Shown here: positions 44,094 to 53,295 of the stretch, piece by piece | Layout: each line of letters begins with the position of its first letter | How positions within the stretch are numbered: position 1 is the stretch's first letter | Assembly: GCA_963758525.1 (NCBI GenBank) | Contig: CAVWVQ010000003.1 | Span: 3,520,001-3,584,000, forward strand | Origin: an uncultured Phycisphaerales bacterium | GTDB lineage: Bacteria; Planctomycetota; Phycisphaerae; Tepidisphaerales; Tepidisphaeraceae | Direction: 5' to 3' | DNA length: 64,000 nt | The notes under the pieces: model-generated | What the model was told of the DNA's origin: nothing | The model's input: the letters and a program-made list of their open reading frames with translations, nothing else | Databases searched by the model: none | Made by a program: the position numbers and the translations under genes

Positions 44094-44581
44094 CGGCACC
44101 GGATCGCACTGGTAGTTCATTCCGTCGAAAATTCGGGGGGACAACGTAGGGCGGGATTCATCCCGCCACGCCTTCCGTAAGACGACAGACCACGGCGGGA
44201 TAAATCCCGCCCTGCGGCATCGGATCGCACTGGTGGTTCATTCCGTCGAAAATTCGGGGGGACAACGTAGGGCGGGATTCATCCCGCCACGCCTTCTGTA
44301 AGACGACAGACTACGGCGGGATAAATCCCGCCCTGCGGCATCGGATCGCACTGGTGGTTCATTCCGTCGAAAATTCGGGGGGGACAACGTAGGGCGGGAT
44401 TCATCCCGCCACGCCTTCTGTAAGACGACAGACCACGGCGGGATAAATCCCGCCCTACGGCATCGGATCGCACTGGTGGTTCACTCCCGTCGAAAATTCG
44501 AGGGGGCAACGTAGGGCGGGATTCATCCCGCCACGCCTTCTGTAAGACGACAGACTACGGCGGGATAAATCCCGCCCTACA
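44094..44581. repeat. Four tandem 121-122 bp units, each a linker plus GTAG REP doublet (BIME-like)
   Basis: Units start near 44094, 44215, 44336 and 44458 and are near-identical. Confidence 0.92.
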
Positions 44582-44669
44582 CGAGACAGACCCGCAAGTT
44601 CCGATGGAATGTACCACAGTGAGTGGGCGAATTTCCGGCGTGTTTCTTCTTGCCTCCTCCCCTCGTACG

Positions 44670-46444
44670 GGGCCTGTCGATTTATGTGGAACACCCATTG
44701 CATCTTTGCCGGCGTGGCGCTGAAATGCTTGCCCAAGCACGGAGGCTTCGCAATGGGTCACTGGGCAACTCCCCGTCTGGATCGCAAACAGGTCACGCTT
44801 TTCGCGCCTACTCTCGATGCGTCGATTGCCGACGATCATCCCGTACGCCTCTTCCACGAGACGCTGGGGAGGATCGACTTCTCCCCCTGGGAAGCATCGT
44901 ACGTGCGGGTGGTCGGCCAGCCTCCGATCCATCCGCGGGTGCTGGCGGGATGCATTCTCTATGGATTGTCGCTGGGAATCCGTTCCAGCCGCAAGCTGGA
45001 GGACGCGGCCGCCAACCGGCTGGATTTCATCTGGCTGCTGGAGGGACGCGTCCCCGATCACGCAACGATCTGCAAATTCCGCACGCAGTTTGGCAAGCAG
45101 ATCAAGGACCTGTTCCGACAGGTCGGCCGGGTGGCGATGTCGCTGGGGCTGGTGTCGCTCAATTCGGTGATGCTCGACGGGACGGAGCTGAAGGCGAACA
45201 ACAGCCGCTACGCGACCAACCGCCGGGCGTCGCTGCAGCAGAAGCTCGATGCGTTGGACGTTCAGGTCGATCGCTTGATGGCCGAGGCGGACGCCGCGGA
45301 CAAGGCCGACGCTCAGTTGTTTGGGGAGAGTTCTCCGACGAAGCTGCCCCGGGAGCTGAGCGATCTCAAGGCCCGTCAGGCGCGTCTGCAAAAGGCGATG
45401 GACAGCGTCAATGAGATGGAAAAGCAGCGTGGGAACCGCAAGGACATGCCGCAGGGGCCGGCGATTCCGACCACCGACCCCGAGTCGCGCGTGCTGCCGG
45501 CCAAGCAGGGGGGCTACGCGCCCGCTTACACCGCGGTGCTGGCCACCGACGCGGATCATGGCTTCATCGTGGACACGCAGATGCTGGCCGGCAACGACGA
45601 GGCCTCCACGGTGCTGGCGGCGGTGCAAAACATCGAGGAGCACTTTGGCCGCAAGCCCCGGGAAATGATCGCGGATTCGGGGTTCAACACCGGGCCGAAC
45701 CTCGCGGGGCTCCAGGAGCAGAAGGTCGAGGCGCTGATGCCGCCGCGGCAGGAACTGGACGCGTCGGCGGCGCAGCGACCGGATCCCTCGCAGCCGGTGG
45801 CCGAGGCGGATCGCCCGCGTCTGCCGGTCAACCCGCAGAACAAGGTGCTGGACCGTTCGGGATTCACCTACGATGCGGCGGCCGATCAGTATCACTGCCC
45901 CATGGGACAAGCGATGCCGCGGGTCGATGACAAGCCGTACAACCGGCACGGGAACAAGGGAACCTATCAAATCTACCAGAGCCCCGACTGCGCCGGTTGC
46001 CCCCTGAAGAGCCGCTGCCTCAGCGGCAAGTCGCCGACGCGACGGGTCTGCCGCGACGAATACCAGACGCTGCGCGAGGCGATGGCAGGCCGGATGCAAA
46101 GCGAGGCCGGCCGGCAACGATATAAACAGCGCGCGGCGGTGGCGGAGCGGGCGTTTGCGGTGTTGAAAGCCAGAATGAACCTGCGGCAATTGCTGCTGCG
46201 CGGGATGGAAAAAGTGCAGATCGAGGTTGATTGGGCGGCCGCGGCGTTCAACCTGATGAAATTGATGGCCCTGACGGCAAAATAACCGGGCAGAAGCAAA
46301 GGAAAAGATCGGCTTGGACGAAAGCTGGTTCATAAAGATGGACTGATGCAGCGGAGGAAAAACGGGCAACGCGAATTCCGGCAGCCTACTGCCGAGATGA
46401 GCCGGCCTCGGAACCTGGCGGGCCGAGGTTAAAACGACAGGCCC
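44670..46444 (+). mobile_element. Complete IS1182-family insertion sequence
   Basis: IRs GGGCCTGTCGATTTA / TAAAACGACAGGCCC; flanks TACG and TACT within a split palindrome. Confidence 0.93.
44753..46285 (+). CDS. IS1182-family DDE transposase
   Basis: DHPVR, GIRSSRKLE, PDHATICKFR, DGTELKAN, TTDPESR, ADSGF, YHCPMG, CAGCPLKSRC and AERAFAVLK. Confidence 0.95.
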   Translation: MGHWATPRLDRKQVTLFAPTLDASIADDHPVRLFHETLGRIDFSPWEASYVRVVGQPPIHPRVLAGCILYGLSLGIRSSRKLEDAAANRLDFIWLLEGRVPDHATICKFRTQFGKQIKDLFRQVGRVAMSLGLVSLNSVMLDGTELKANNSRYATNRRASLQQKLDALDVQVDRLMAEADAADKADAQLFGESSPTKLPRELSDLKARQARLQKAMDSVNEMEKQRGNRKDMPQGPAIPTTDPESRVLPAKQGGYAPAYTAVLATDADHGFIVDTQMLAGNDEASTVLAAVQNIEEHFGRKPREMIADSGFNTGPNLAGLQEQKVEALMPPRQELDASAAQRPDPSQPVAEADRPRLPVNPQNKVLDRSGFTYDAAADQYHCPMGQAMPRVDDKPYNRHGNKGTYQIYQSPDCAGCPLKSRCLSGKSPTRRVCRDEYQTLREAMAGRMQSEAGRQRYKQRAAVAERAFAVLKARMNLRQLLLRGMEKVQIEVDWAAAAFNLMKLMALTAK

Positions 46445-46759
46445 TACTCCGGGGGACGGTTGGGGTGGGGGCTTGCTCGGGATAAGCAGGAAATGGTTAC
46501 CGAAGCGGGTTCTTACTTCCTGCCCCCAACTCGTTGCGCCTCCCAGGTACGAGAGGAGCAGAAAAGTAGCTCCTGTTTTTTCGGGGACACCCCAATAATC
46601 CGCGAACCCCCACCCCAGCCCTCCCCCGGAGCACCAGGGGAGGGGGAAGTAATCGCAGCGCCTAAAGTTCCACGCCGCCGGAAAAACGGGCACGTCCCCC
46701 GGAAATTCGCACTCGCCTTTCGCGCGATTCATTTGCACTTCCGCGGCTATGATTGCCCG

Positions 46760-48142
46760 ATGCCTCTCGAATTCCTCGACACCGGCGGAAACCAGCGGCT
46801 GGCGATCTTTTCGGAGATGATGGACGTCATCGCGGCGGGGAGCGAGGACGCGCGCGCTCTGCACCAGACCATCGTCGGCATGATGCGCCGCGCGTTCGGC
46901 AGACGCTGCTACGTGGAGGTCGCCGCCGGCGGTTTGCCAAAAGGGGCTTTTCGTCTCACGCGCGTCTGGCGCGACGACGGGAGCGAAGCCGTCCCCAATA
47001 ACAGCCCGTGGCGCTCCGCACAGGCGGCCGTCCGGGAGGGGGGTGTCATCGCCGAGATTCTGGCGCAGAACAGGGCGGTAGCCGTCAACCGCCTGTGCAT
47101 GCCCGAGTCGGATCCTGTTTTCGCTGAACTGGGAGGCTATCACAGTCTTGCCGCCGCCCCGGGCGCATTGGGCGAACCCTTGAATTGGGTGCTGATCCTC
47201 GATCCGCTCGAAAACGCGTTCACGGACGAAGACGTCGCCACGCTGGTGTTGCGGCTCAGCCTCATCGGACTGTCGCTCAAGCATCTGGACACGATCGGAG
47301 AATTGCGTCGCGCGACCGCCTACATCGAGGCCGAGGTGGATCGGATCGCGGACATCCAGCGCGCTCTGCTGCCCGAGATTCCAAGAGAGGTGAGCGGACT
47401 GGAGATTGCCGCCAGTTGGGAAACATTCGATCGCGCCGGCGGCGACGCGTATGACTACGCGCGGCTTCCGGACGGCTCATGGGCGTTCCTTATTTCCGAT
47501 GCCAGCGGCCACGGCCCTTCTGCCGCGGTGGTTTCCGCCGTGCTCAACGCGATCCTGCACACGTTGCCCACCATTCACGGCGCGCGCACGCCTCGGCCGG
47601 CGGAGGTGCTGGGCTTCGCGAACGCGCAGCTCGCCAATAAGCAGATCGGCCAGTCGTTTGTCACCGCATTCCTCGGCGTCTGGAATCCGCGCGACCGCAG
47701 CTTCACCTATGCCCGTGCCGGTCATAACCCCCCGATCCTGCGACGCGATCATCAGATTCAGCTTCTCGACGCCGTCGGCGAGCTCCCGCTCGCCATCTTC
47801 GACGACACGGCCTATTCCCAGTGCACACTAGCCCTCAAGGATGACGATGTCATTGTTCTGTTCACCGACGGGATCATCGAAGCATTCAACGAAAGCAATG
47901 AAATGTTCGGCGACGACCGCCTTTGCGCGGCACTTCTCGCCGCCGACGGCGATGCCACCCAGATTCTCGCGTCGCTGGCAAACACGCAACGGAAATTTCT
48001 CGCGGGAACGCATTCGCGCGATGACGCGACGATGATGGTGCTGCGAGTGTTGGCGGGGGAAGCTCCGAATGACGATGAGGACGAATCCAGAATCCCGGAA
48101 TCAAACCGAAGCTCCGCTGTGGCGGATCCGAAGGACAAATGA
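46760..48142 (+). CDS. SpoIIE/PP2C family phosphatase with N-terminal GAF-like region
   Basis: IQRALLP, GGDAYD, SDASGHG, AGHNPP, FTDGIIE and DDAT. Confidence 0.9.
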   Translation: MPLEFLDTGGNQRLAIFSEMMDVIAAGSEDARALHQTIVGMMRRAFGRRCYVEVAAGGLPKGAFRLTRVWRDDGSEAVPNNSPWRSAQAAVREGGVIAEILAQNRAVAVNRLCMPESDPVFAELGGYHSLAAAPGALGEPLNWVLILDPLENAFTDEDVATLVLRLSLIGLSLKHLDTIGELRRATAYIEAEVDRIADIQRALLPEIPREVSGLEIAASWETFDRAGGDAYDYARLPDGSWAFLISDASGHGPSAAVVSAVLNAILHTLPTIHGARTPRPAEVLGFANAQLANKQIGQSFVTAFLGVWNPRDRSFTYARAGHNPPILRRDHQIQLLDAVGELPLAIFDDTAYSQCTLALKDDDVIVLFTDGIIEAFNESNEMFGDDRLCAALLAADGDATQILASLANTQRKFLAGTHSRDDATMMVLRVLAGEAPNDDEDESRIPESNRSSAVADPKDK

Positions 48143-48240
48143 TCAAATGTCGGGCGAATGCGGAACCGCTCCGCCGAGGCAGCCAGCGCGAGACGGCGTC
48201 GCTCCTGACGGCGGCGGCGAAGCCGGAACGTTGTCTCGGC

Positions 48241-48308
48241 AATTCGTCATTCGGGTTTCGGATTTGATTATTTGATTCGGAATTCGGGTTTCGTCATTCG
48301 GGTTTTGG
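48241..48308. repeat. Degenerate heptamer repeat (ATTCGKN)
   Basis: attcgtcattcgggtttcggatttgattatttgattcggaattcgggtttcgtcattcgggtttt. Confidence 0.7.
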
Positions 48309-48372
48309 CAGTCAATGCGCCCGACTATGCTGATTTAATAAGAGCCGCTGTAATGCCATCCCCCGGAGTCCC

Positions 48373-49120
48373 ATGAACTACACCATTCACGGCACCACCA
48401 TGCAGACCCTGTCCGTCGAGCTATCGGCGGGCGAAACGCTCTACAGCCAGACGCACGCCATGGCCTGGATGAGCGACAACATTCAGATGCAAACCCACAC
48501 CGGCGGCGGAATCCTCGCCGGGCTGTCGCGCAGCTTCGGCGGCGGATCGTTCTTCATCACCGACTATACCTCGGCCGCAAATGCGCAGCATCGCCTTCGC
48601 GCCGCGCTTCCCCGGCAGCATCCTCCCATTCAAGCTTGCGGCCGGCGAATCGATCCTCTGCCGAAAGCAGACGTTCCTGTGCGCCGAGAAATCCGTCACG
48701 TTTGAAATCGCCTTCCAGAAACGCCTTGGCGCCGGTTTCTTCGGCGGCGAAGGCTTCATCATCCAGCGACTCACCGGGCCCGGCACCGTCTGGCTCGATC
48801 TCTCCGGCGAAGTCATCACCTACGACCTCGCCCCCGGCCAGAAAATTCTCGTCCACGCCGGCCACGTCGGCGCCCAGGCGCCGTCGGTCAACTTTGACGT
48901 GCAGATGCTCAAAGGCTTCCGCAACATTCTCTTCGGCGGCGAAGGCCTCTTTCTCGCCAGCCTGACCGGCCCCGGCAAAGTCTGGCTCCAAAGCATGCCG
49001 ATCATGAATCTCGCCGAAGCCATTGCCCAATATTTGCCGCGCGGCGACAGCGAGTCCGCCTCGCAAAGCGTGGCGGGAGGAATTGTGGGAGGGGTGTTGA
49101 GGGGGTTGCTGAAGAGCTGA
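48373..49120 (+). CDS. AIM24/TIGR00266 family protein (frameshift near 48585)
   Basis: [37 protein letters not shown] and [22 protein letters not shown]. Confidence 0.9.
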
Positions 49121-49521
49121 CGCAGCGCAGCGCTATTCCGCAAACATCGGCAAAAATACGAGCGAAAGAAGCGAGATCAAGAGCACTCACTCGAAAGTGG
49201 CGAATGGCTCCGAGTAGGGCGGGATGAATTCCGCCCTGCCACCGCAAAGATCCGCAATCACCACAAAAGTTACACCCGTCCGCGGAAGAGCTGCCGGTTG
49301 ATACATCGTTCGTGCGAATGCTTTTCTACGGACCTTTGTACAGCGCACAAAGGTCCGCAGGAGGGCGACGCGCATTCTCGGGCTTCGTGCTTATTTGCGC
49401 GCCCTCCTACGGACCCTACGCAACTGGGGTGTTGCGCTCGAAAGTGACGATGGCTCCGAGTAGGGCGGGATTCATCCCGCCGATTTGTTGGCCGGCCGAG
49501 GAAACGGCGGGATGAATTCCG
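49109..49521. repeat. About 410-bp REP mosaic, direct repeat of 52181-52634
   Basis: ctgacgcagcgcagcgctattccgcaaacatcgg... shared; first REP doublet collapsed in this copy. Confidence 0.9.
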
Positions 49522-49685
49522 ATCTGCTGAAGATCCCACGTGCAGAATCCTCGAAAGCTCGTCAGCGTCCGCGTAGCCGCCCTTGTCGAGCCAGTCTTCC
49601 ATGAGATTCGGTTTTCGGGGCCGAAGAAGATTCCCATTTGTCGACTCATATCACCCAGAACGTCGCGCGGTTAACATCAACGTAG

Positions 49686-50138
49686 ATGGCGAAGCTTGGC
49701 GCGAGCGATTACCGAATCGGCGCGAGGGAACGACTGGAAGAAGCGTATTTTCTGCTGCGCCAAGAAAGGTTCGGCGGCAGCATCTACCTCGCCGGCAGAG
49801 CTGTCGAGGGAATGCTCCGCGCGGTCATCTGGAAAAGCGATCCGGAGTATGTCACTGGTAAGAAGAACTTAGAAACAGGGCACGGTTTACGGAACCTGCT
49901 CGACTTGGTGGGCGAGATCGGCGTTTTGCGGAACAACCCTCTGAGGGACGACATCGGGGCACATGTGCAGCACGTCGGACCACTCTGGTGGAACGACATG
50001 CGGTTTCTTCCCCAAAACCGGATCAAGACCCGCTGGTTCCAACTCAACGAAATCGGCGGAAAACGGACATTCAAACTCGCCGCGAATGAGTATTATGACT
50101 CGTGCTCGGCGATCGTGAAGAGATGCGAGGCAATATGA
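49686..50138 (+). CDS. HEPN domain protein
   Basis: ARERLEEAYFLL..GSIYLAGRAVEGMLRA..GHGLRNLL..WWNDMRF pattern. Confidence 0.8.
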   Translation: MAKLGASDYRIGARERLEEAYFLLRQERFGGSIYLAGRAVEGMLRAVIWKSDPEYVTGKKNLETGHGLRNLLDLVGEIGVLRNNPLRDDIGAHVQHVGPLWWNDMRFLPQNRIKTRWFQLNEIGGKRTFKLAANEYYDSCSAIVKRCEAI

Positions 50139-50428
50139 CAAAACTGACGAAGAAGAAGCTCGAAGCAATTCTGACTCGTCGGCTCTGCTTGGTGGACCCG
50201 GAATTCCGACTGGAGAAAGCCTCCGAGCGGCTGATCGGCAACGTCATTTCCCTGACGTTCAAGGGCAAACGCGATCACGAACGGCAAAAAATGATCTGGG
50301 ACGCGCTGGAGGCCGAGTTCGGCGAGGAGTCGGTTCTGCTCGTCGGAATGTTGTTGGCCTATACCCCGGACGAGTGGAATCTGGACGCGGATCAGAAGTC
50401 GGCACCCAAAGCGAAAAAGGCCGGATGA
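50135..50428 (+). CDS. Small BolA-like or degenerate-MNT partner of HEPN
   Basis: VISLTFKGKRDHERQKMIWDAL...LLAYTPDEW; ATGA overlap with HEPN gene. Confidence 0.7.
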   Translation: MTKLTKKKLEAILTRRLCLVDPEFRLEKASERLIGNVISLTFKGKRDHERQKMIWDALEAEFGEESVLLVGMLLAYTPDEWNLDADQKSAPKAKKAG

Positions 50429-50488
50429 ACGCGCCGGCTGTTGACAACCGCACCGTGCAGCCGGGCGAGCATGCTCGCCGCGCAGAAC

Positions 50489-51708
50489 CTAGTACTCCAG
50501 CGCGCTTTGTTTGATGACTCGCGCTCTCGCTTTTTAGACGGTATGCTTTAGGCATGGTCCAAGCAAGGAGGCAACCATGTTGAAGGCTAACGTTGTGTCT
50601 TTGACCGGCGAGCAGCGAGAGGAATTGAAGCGGATCAGTCGTTCTGGAAAAAGTTCCGCACGAAGGGTGGTTCGAGCGCGGATCCTGCTCAAGAGCGACA
50701 TCGGAGAGACCGATCAGGAGATCTCCGAGGCGCTGGATGTCGGCGTGGCAACGATCGAACGCGTCCGCAGAAAGTTTGCCGCTGGCGGAATAGAGGCTGC
50801 CATCGAATCGGGTCCGCAGCCGCCGCGTCCGCAGAAGCGGCGGTTGGATGGCGAGGGCGAAGCCAAACTGGTGATGCTCGCCTGCAGCAGGCCATCCGAC
50901 GAACATGGGCATTGGACGCTGGATTTGCTGGCCGGCCAGATGGTGAAGCTGAACTACGTGCCGGCGATTTCCGGGGACACTGTCGGTCGGGTTCTAAAAA
51001 AAACGAAATCAAGCCCTGGCTGAAGGAAGAATGGTGCATTCCGCCCGATGCCAGCGGCGAGTTTGTCTATCGCATGGAGGATGTTCTGGAGGTTTACAAG
51101 CGGCCTTATGACCCGCTGCGGCCGGTGGTGGCATTGGACGAAAAGCCTCTGCAAATCCTCTCGGACACGCGCAAGCCGATCCCTTGTGAACCCGGCAGTT
51201 CGGCCAAGCAGGACCACGAGTACAAGCGTAACGGAACCGCGAACATCTTCTGTGCCGTCGAACCACTGGGAAACTTTCGCCGCCTGGAATTGACCGAGCG
51301 CCGGACCAAGCTGGACTTCGCCCATTTCGTCAAGGACCTGGTCGATACGCGGTACAAAGACGCACAGAAGATCGTGCTGGTGATGGACAATCTCAACACG
51401 CACAGTCCGGCCAGTTTCTACGACGCTTTTTCGCCCCAGGAAGCACGGCGTCTGACGGAAAAGCTGGAGATCCACCATACGCCCAAGCACGGCTCATGGC
51501 TGAATGTGGCAGAGATTGAACTGAGCGTCGTCGGACGCCGACTGCGTGATCGATGTGACAACATAGAAGATCTGGCCCGGCAATTGGCAGCAATCGAACG
51601 AGATCGCAACCAAGCCGCCAAAGGCGTCGATTGGCAATTCACTGTCGACAAGGCACGGATAAAGTTGAAACGGCTCTACCCATCATTCGAAATGCGGTAG
51701 ACTACTAG
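50489..51708 (+). mobile_element. IS630-family element
   Basis: Ends CTAGTACTCCAGCGC / GCGGTAGACTACTAG; HTH orfA plus DDE orfB. Confidence 0.92.
50577..51700 (+). CDS. IS630 transposase (orfA/orfB, probable -1 programmed frameshift at the A8 run near 50996)
   Basis: RARILLKSD, WTLDLLA; KPWLKEEWCIP, MEDVLEVY, DEKP, MDNLNTH and TPKHGSWLNVAEIE. Confidence 0.92.
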
Positions 51709-51974
51709 GCTCTGTCTGAAAACCCTAAGTCCTCACGACGGCTCAGAATGGCTTTGGCCGCTAGGCGCCCTGGCGACATCAGGGTCCGTAGACCCTTTGA
51801 GCCGGGGCAACGACGCGGACGAAGCCATTCTGAGCCGCCTGCGGTGGGCCGGATTCGATCCGCCTGCTTCATTGCCGCCCCTTGATGGCTCTACGGAGCC
51901 GGACTGCGGGGCGACGCCTCGCAGTCGAATCGAATCCGGCCCATCGTGAGGGCTTAGGGTTTTCAGACAGAGCC
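51708..51974. mobile_element. MITE with about 33-bp terminal inverted repeats, flanked by CTAG
   Basis: GGCTCTGTCTGAAAACCCTAAGTCCTCACGA ... TCGTGAGGGCTTAGGGTTTTCAGACAGAGCC; no credible ORF. Confidence 0.85.
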
Positions 51975-52009
51975 TAGGAGACTGCGAGACCGATTCGGCG
52001 GACAACGGG

Positions 52010-53089
52010 GTATGGCGGGATTCATCCCGCCGACTGACTTTTCACCGAAACACGTGGCGGGATGAATCCCGCCCTACAAACTGCGGACCTTTGTTCGCCG
52101 CGCAGACGGTCCGCAGAAGGGCGACGGTGCTCGTGCGCGGATTCGTGTTCATTGGGCGCCCTCCTGCGGACCCTACGGCACTGAAAAACTGACGCAGCGC
52201 AGCGCTATTCCGCAAACATCGGCCAAATACGAGCGAAAGAAGCGAGATCAAGAGCACTCACTCGAAAGTGGCGAATGGCTCCGAGTAGGGCGGGATTCAT
52301 CCCGCCGATTTGTTGGCCGGCCGAGAAAACGGCGGGATGAATCCCGCCCTACCACCGCAAAGATCCGCAATCACCACAAAAGTTACACCCGTCCGCGGAA
52401 GAGCTGCCGGTTGATACATCGTTCGTGCGAATGCTTTTCTACGGACCTTTGTACACCGCACAAAGGTCCGCAGGAGGGCGACGCGCATTCTCGGGCTTCG
52501 TGCCTATTTGCGCGCCCTCCTACGGACCCTACGCAACTGGGGTGTTGCGCTCGAAAGTGGCGATGGCGCCGAGTAGGGCGGGATTCATCCCGCCGATTTG
52601 TTGGCCGGCCGAGGAAACGGCGGGATGAGTTCCGCCCCTCCCATCGCAAAGATCCGCAATCGCCACAATTAAAAGTTATCCCCGTCCGCGGAAGAGTTTC
52701 CGGTAATACATCGTTCGTGCGAATGCTTTTCTACGGACCTTTGTACACCGCACAAAGGTCCGCAGGAGGGCGACGCGCATTCTCGGGCTTCGTGCTTATT
52801 TGCGCGCCCTCCTACGGACCCTACGCAACTGGGGTGTTGCGCTCGAAAGTGACGATGGCTGCGAGTAGGGCGGGATTCATCCCGCCGATTTGTTGGCCGG
52901 CCGAGAAAACGGCGGGATGAATCCCGCCCTACCACCGCAAAGATCCGCAATCACCACAAAAGTTACACCCGTCCGCGGAAGAGCTGCCGCTTGATACATC
53001 GTTCGTGCGAATGCTTTTTACGGACCTTTGTAAACCGCACAAAGGTCCGCAGGAGGGCGACGCGCATTCTCGGGCTTCGTGCTTATTTT
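52010..53089. repeat. Tandem array of about 290-bp units, each with two REP families
   Basis: GTAG REP starts at 52285, 52573 and 52865; second family CGGACCTTTG..CAAAGGTCCG..CTACGGACCCTAC; diverged unit at 52010-52177. Confidence 0.92.
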
Positions 53090-53273
53090 TAGCCCTGCCT
53101 GTTTTAAGATGCTCTTTAAAGTTTCGGGCGGCACCTCCTTCGAAAGTTTGCCGCCGCCGGAATCGATCACCGTCCCTGCTTCTCGGGTGCCGACACTGCA
53201 TATGACTCCCCACAGTTCGCGTGAGACGCCATCCGTTCGCCTCGATCACTTTGATGATGTCCCGGTATTTCAT
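53084..53273 (-). pseudogene. hicA: HicA-family toxin, frameshifted, no hicB
   Basis: MKYRDIIKVIEANGWRLTRTVGSHMQCRHP | GTV...KEVPPETLKSILKQAGLK. Confidence 0.8.
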
Positions 53274-53295
53274 TGCGGCGAACTGGTCGGCCGGC

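Noticed and set aside
44094..44581. CRISPR array
   Set aside because: Whole 121-bp units repeat with no unique spacers, repeats are GTAG REP hairpins, and there are no cas genes
46460..46759. N-terminal extension of PP2C in the ORF track
   Set aside because: Runs through palindromic repeats; the likely start is ATG 46760 after TATGAT
44555..47284. 909-aa minus-strand ORF
   Set aside because: Antisense shadow of the IS1182 transposase and PP2C in GC-rich DNA
52010..53089. CRISPR array or repeated small ORFs (e.g. MRMLFYGPL...)
   Set aside because: No variable spacers; ORFs differ by indels between units and arise from the repeat
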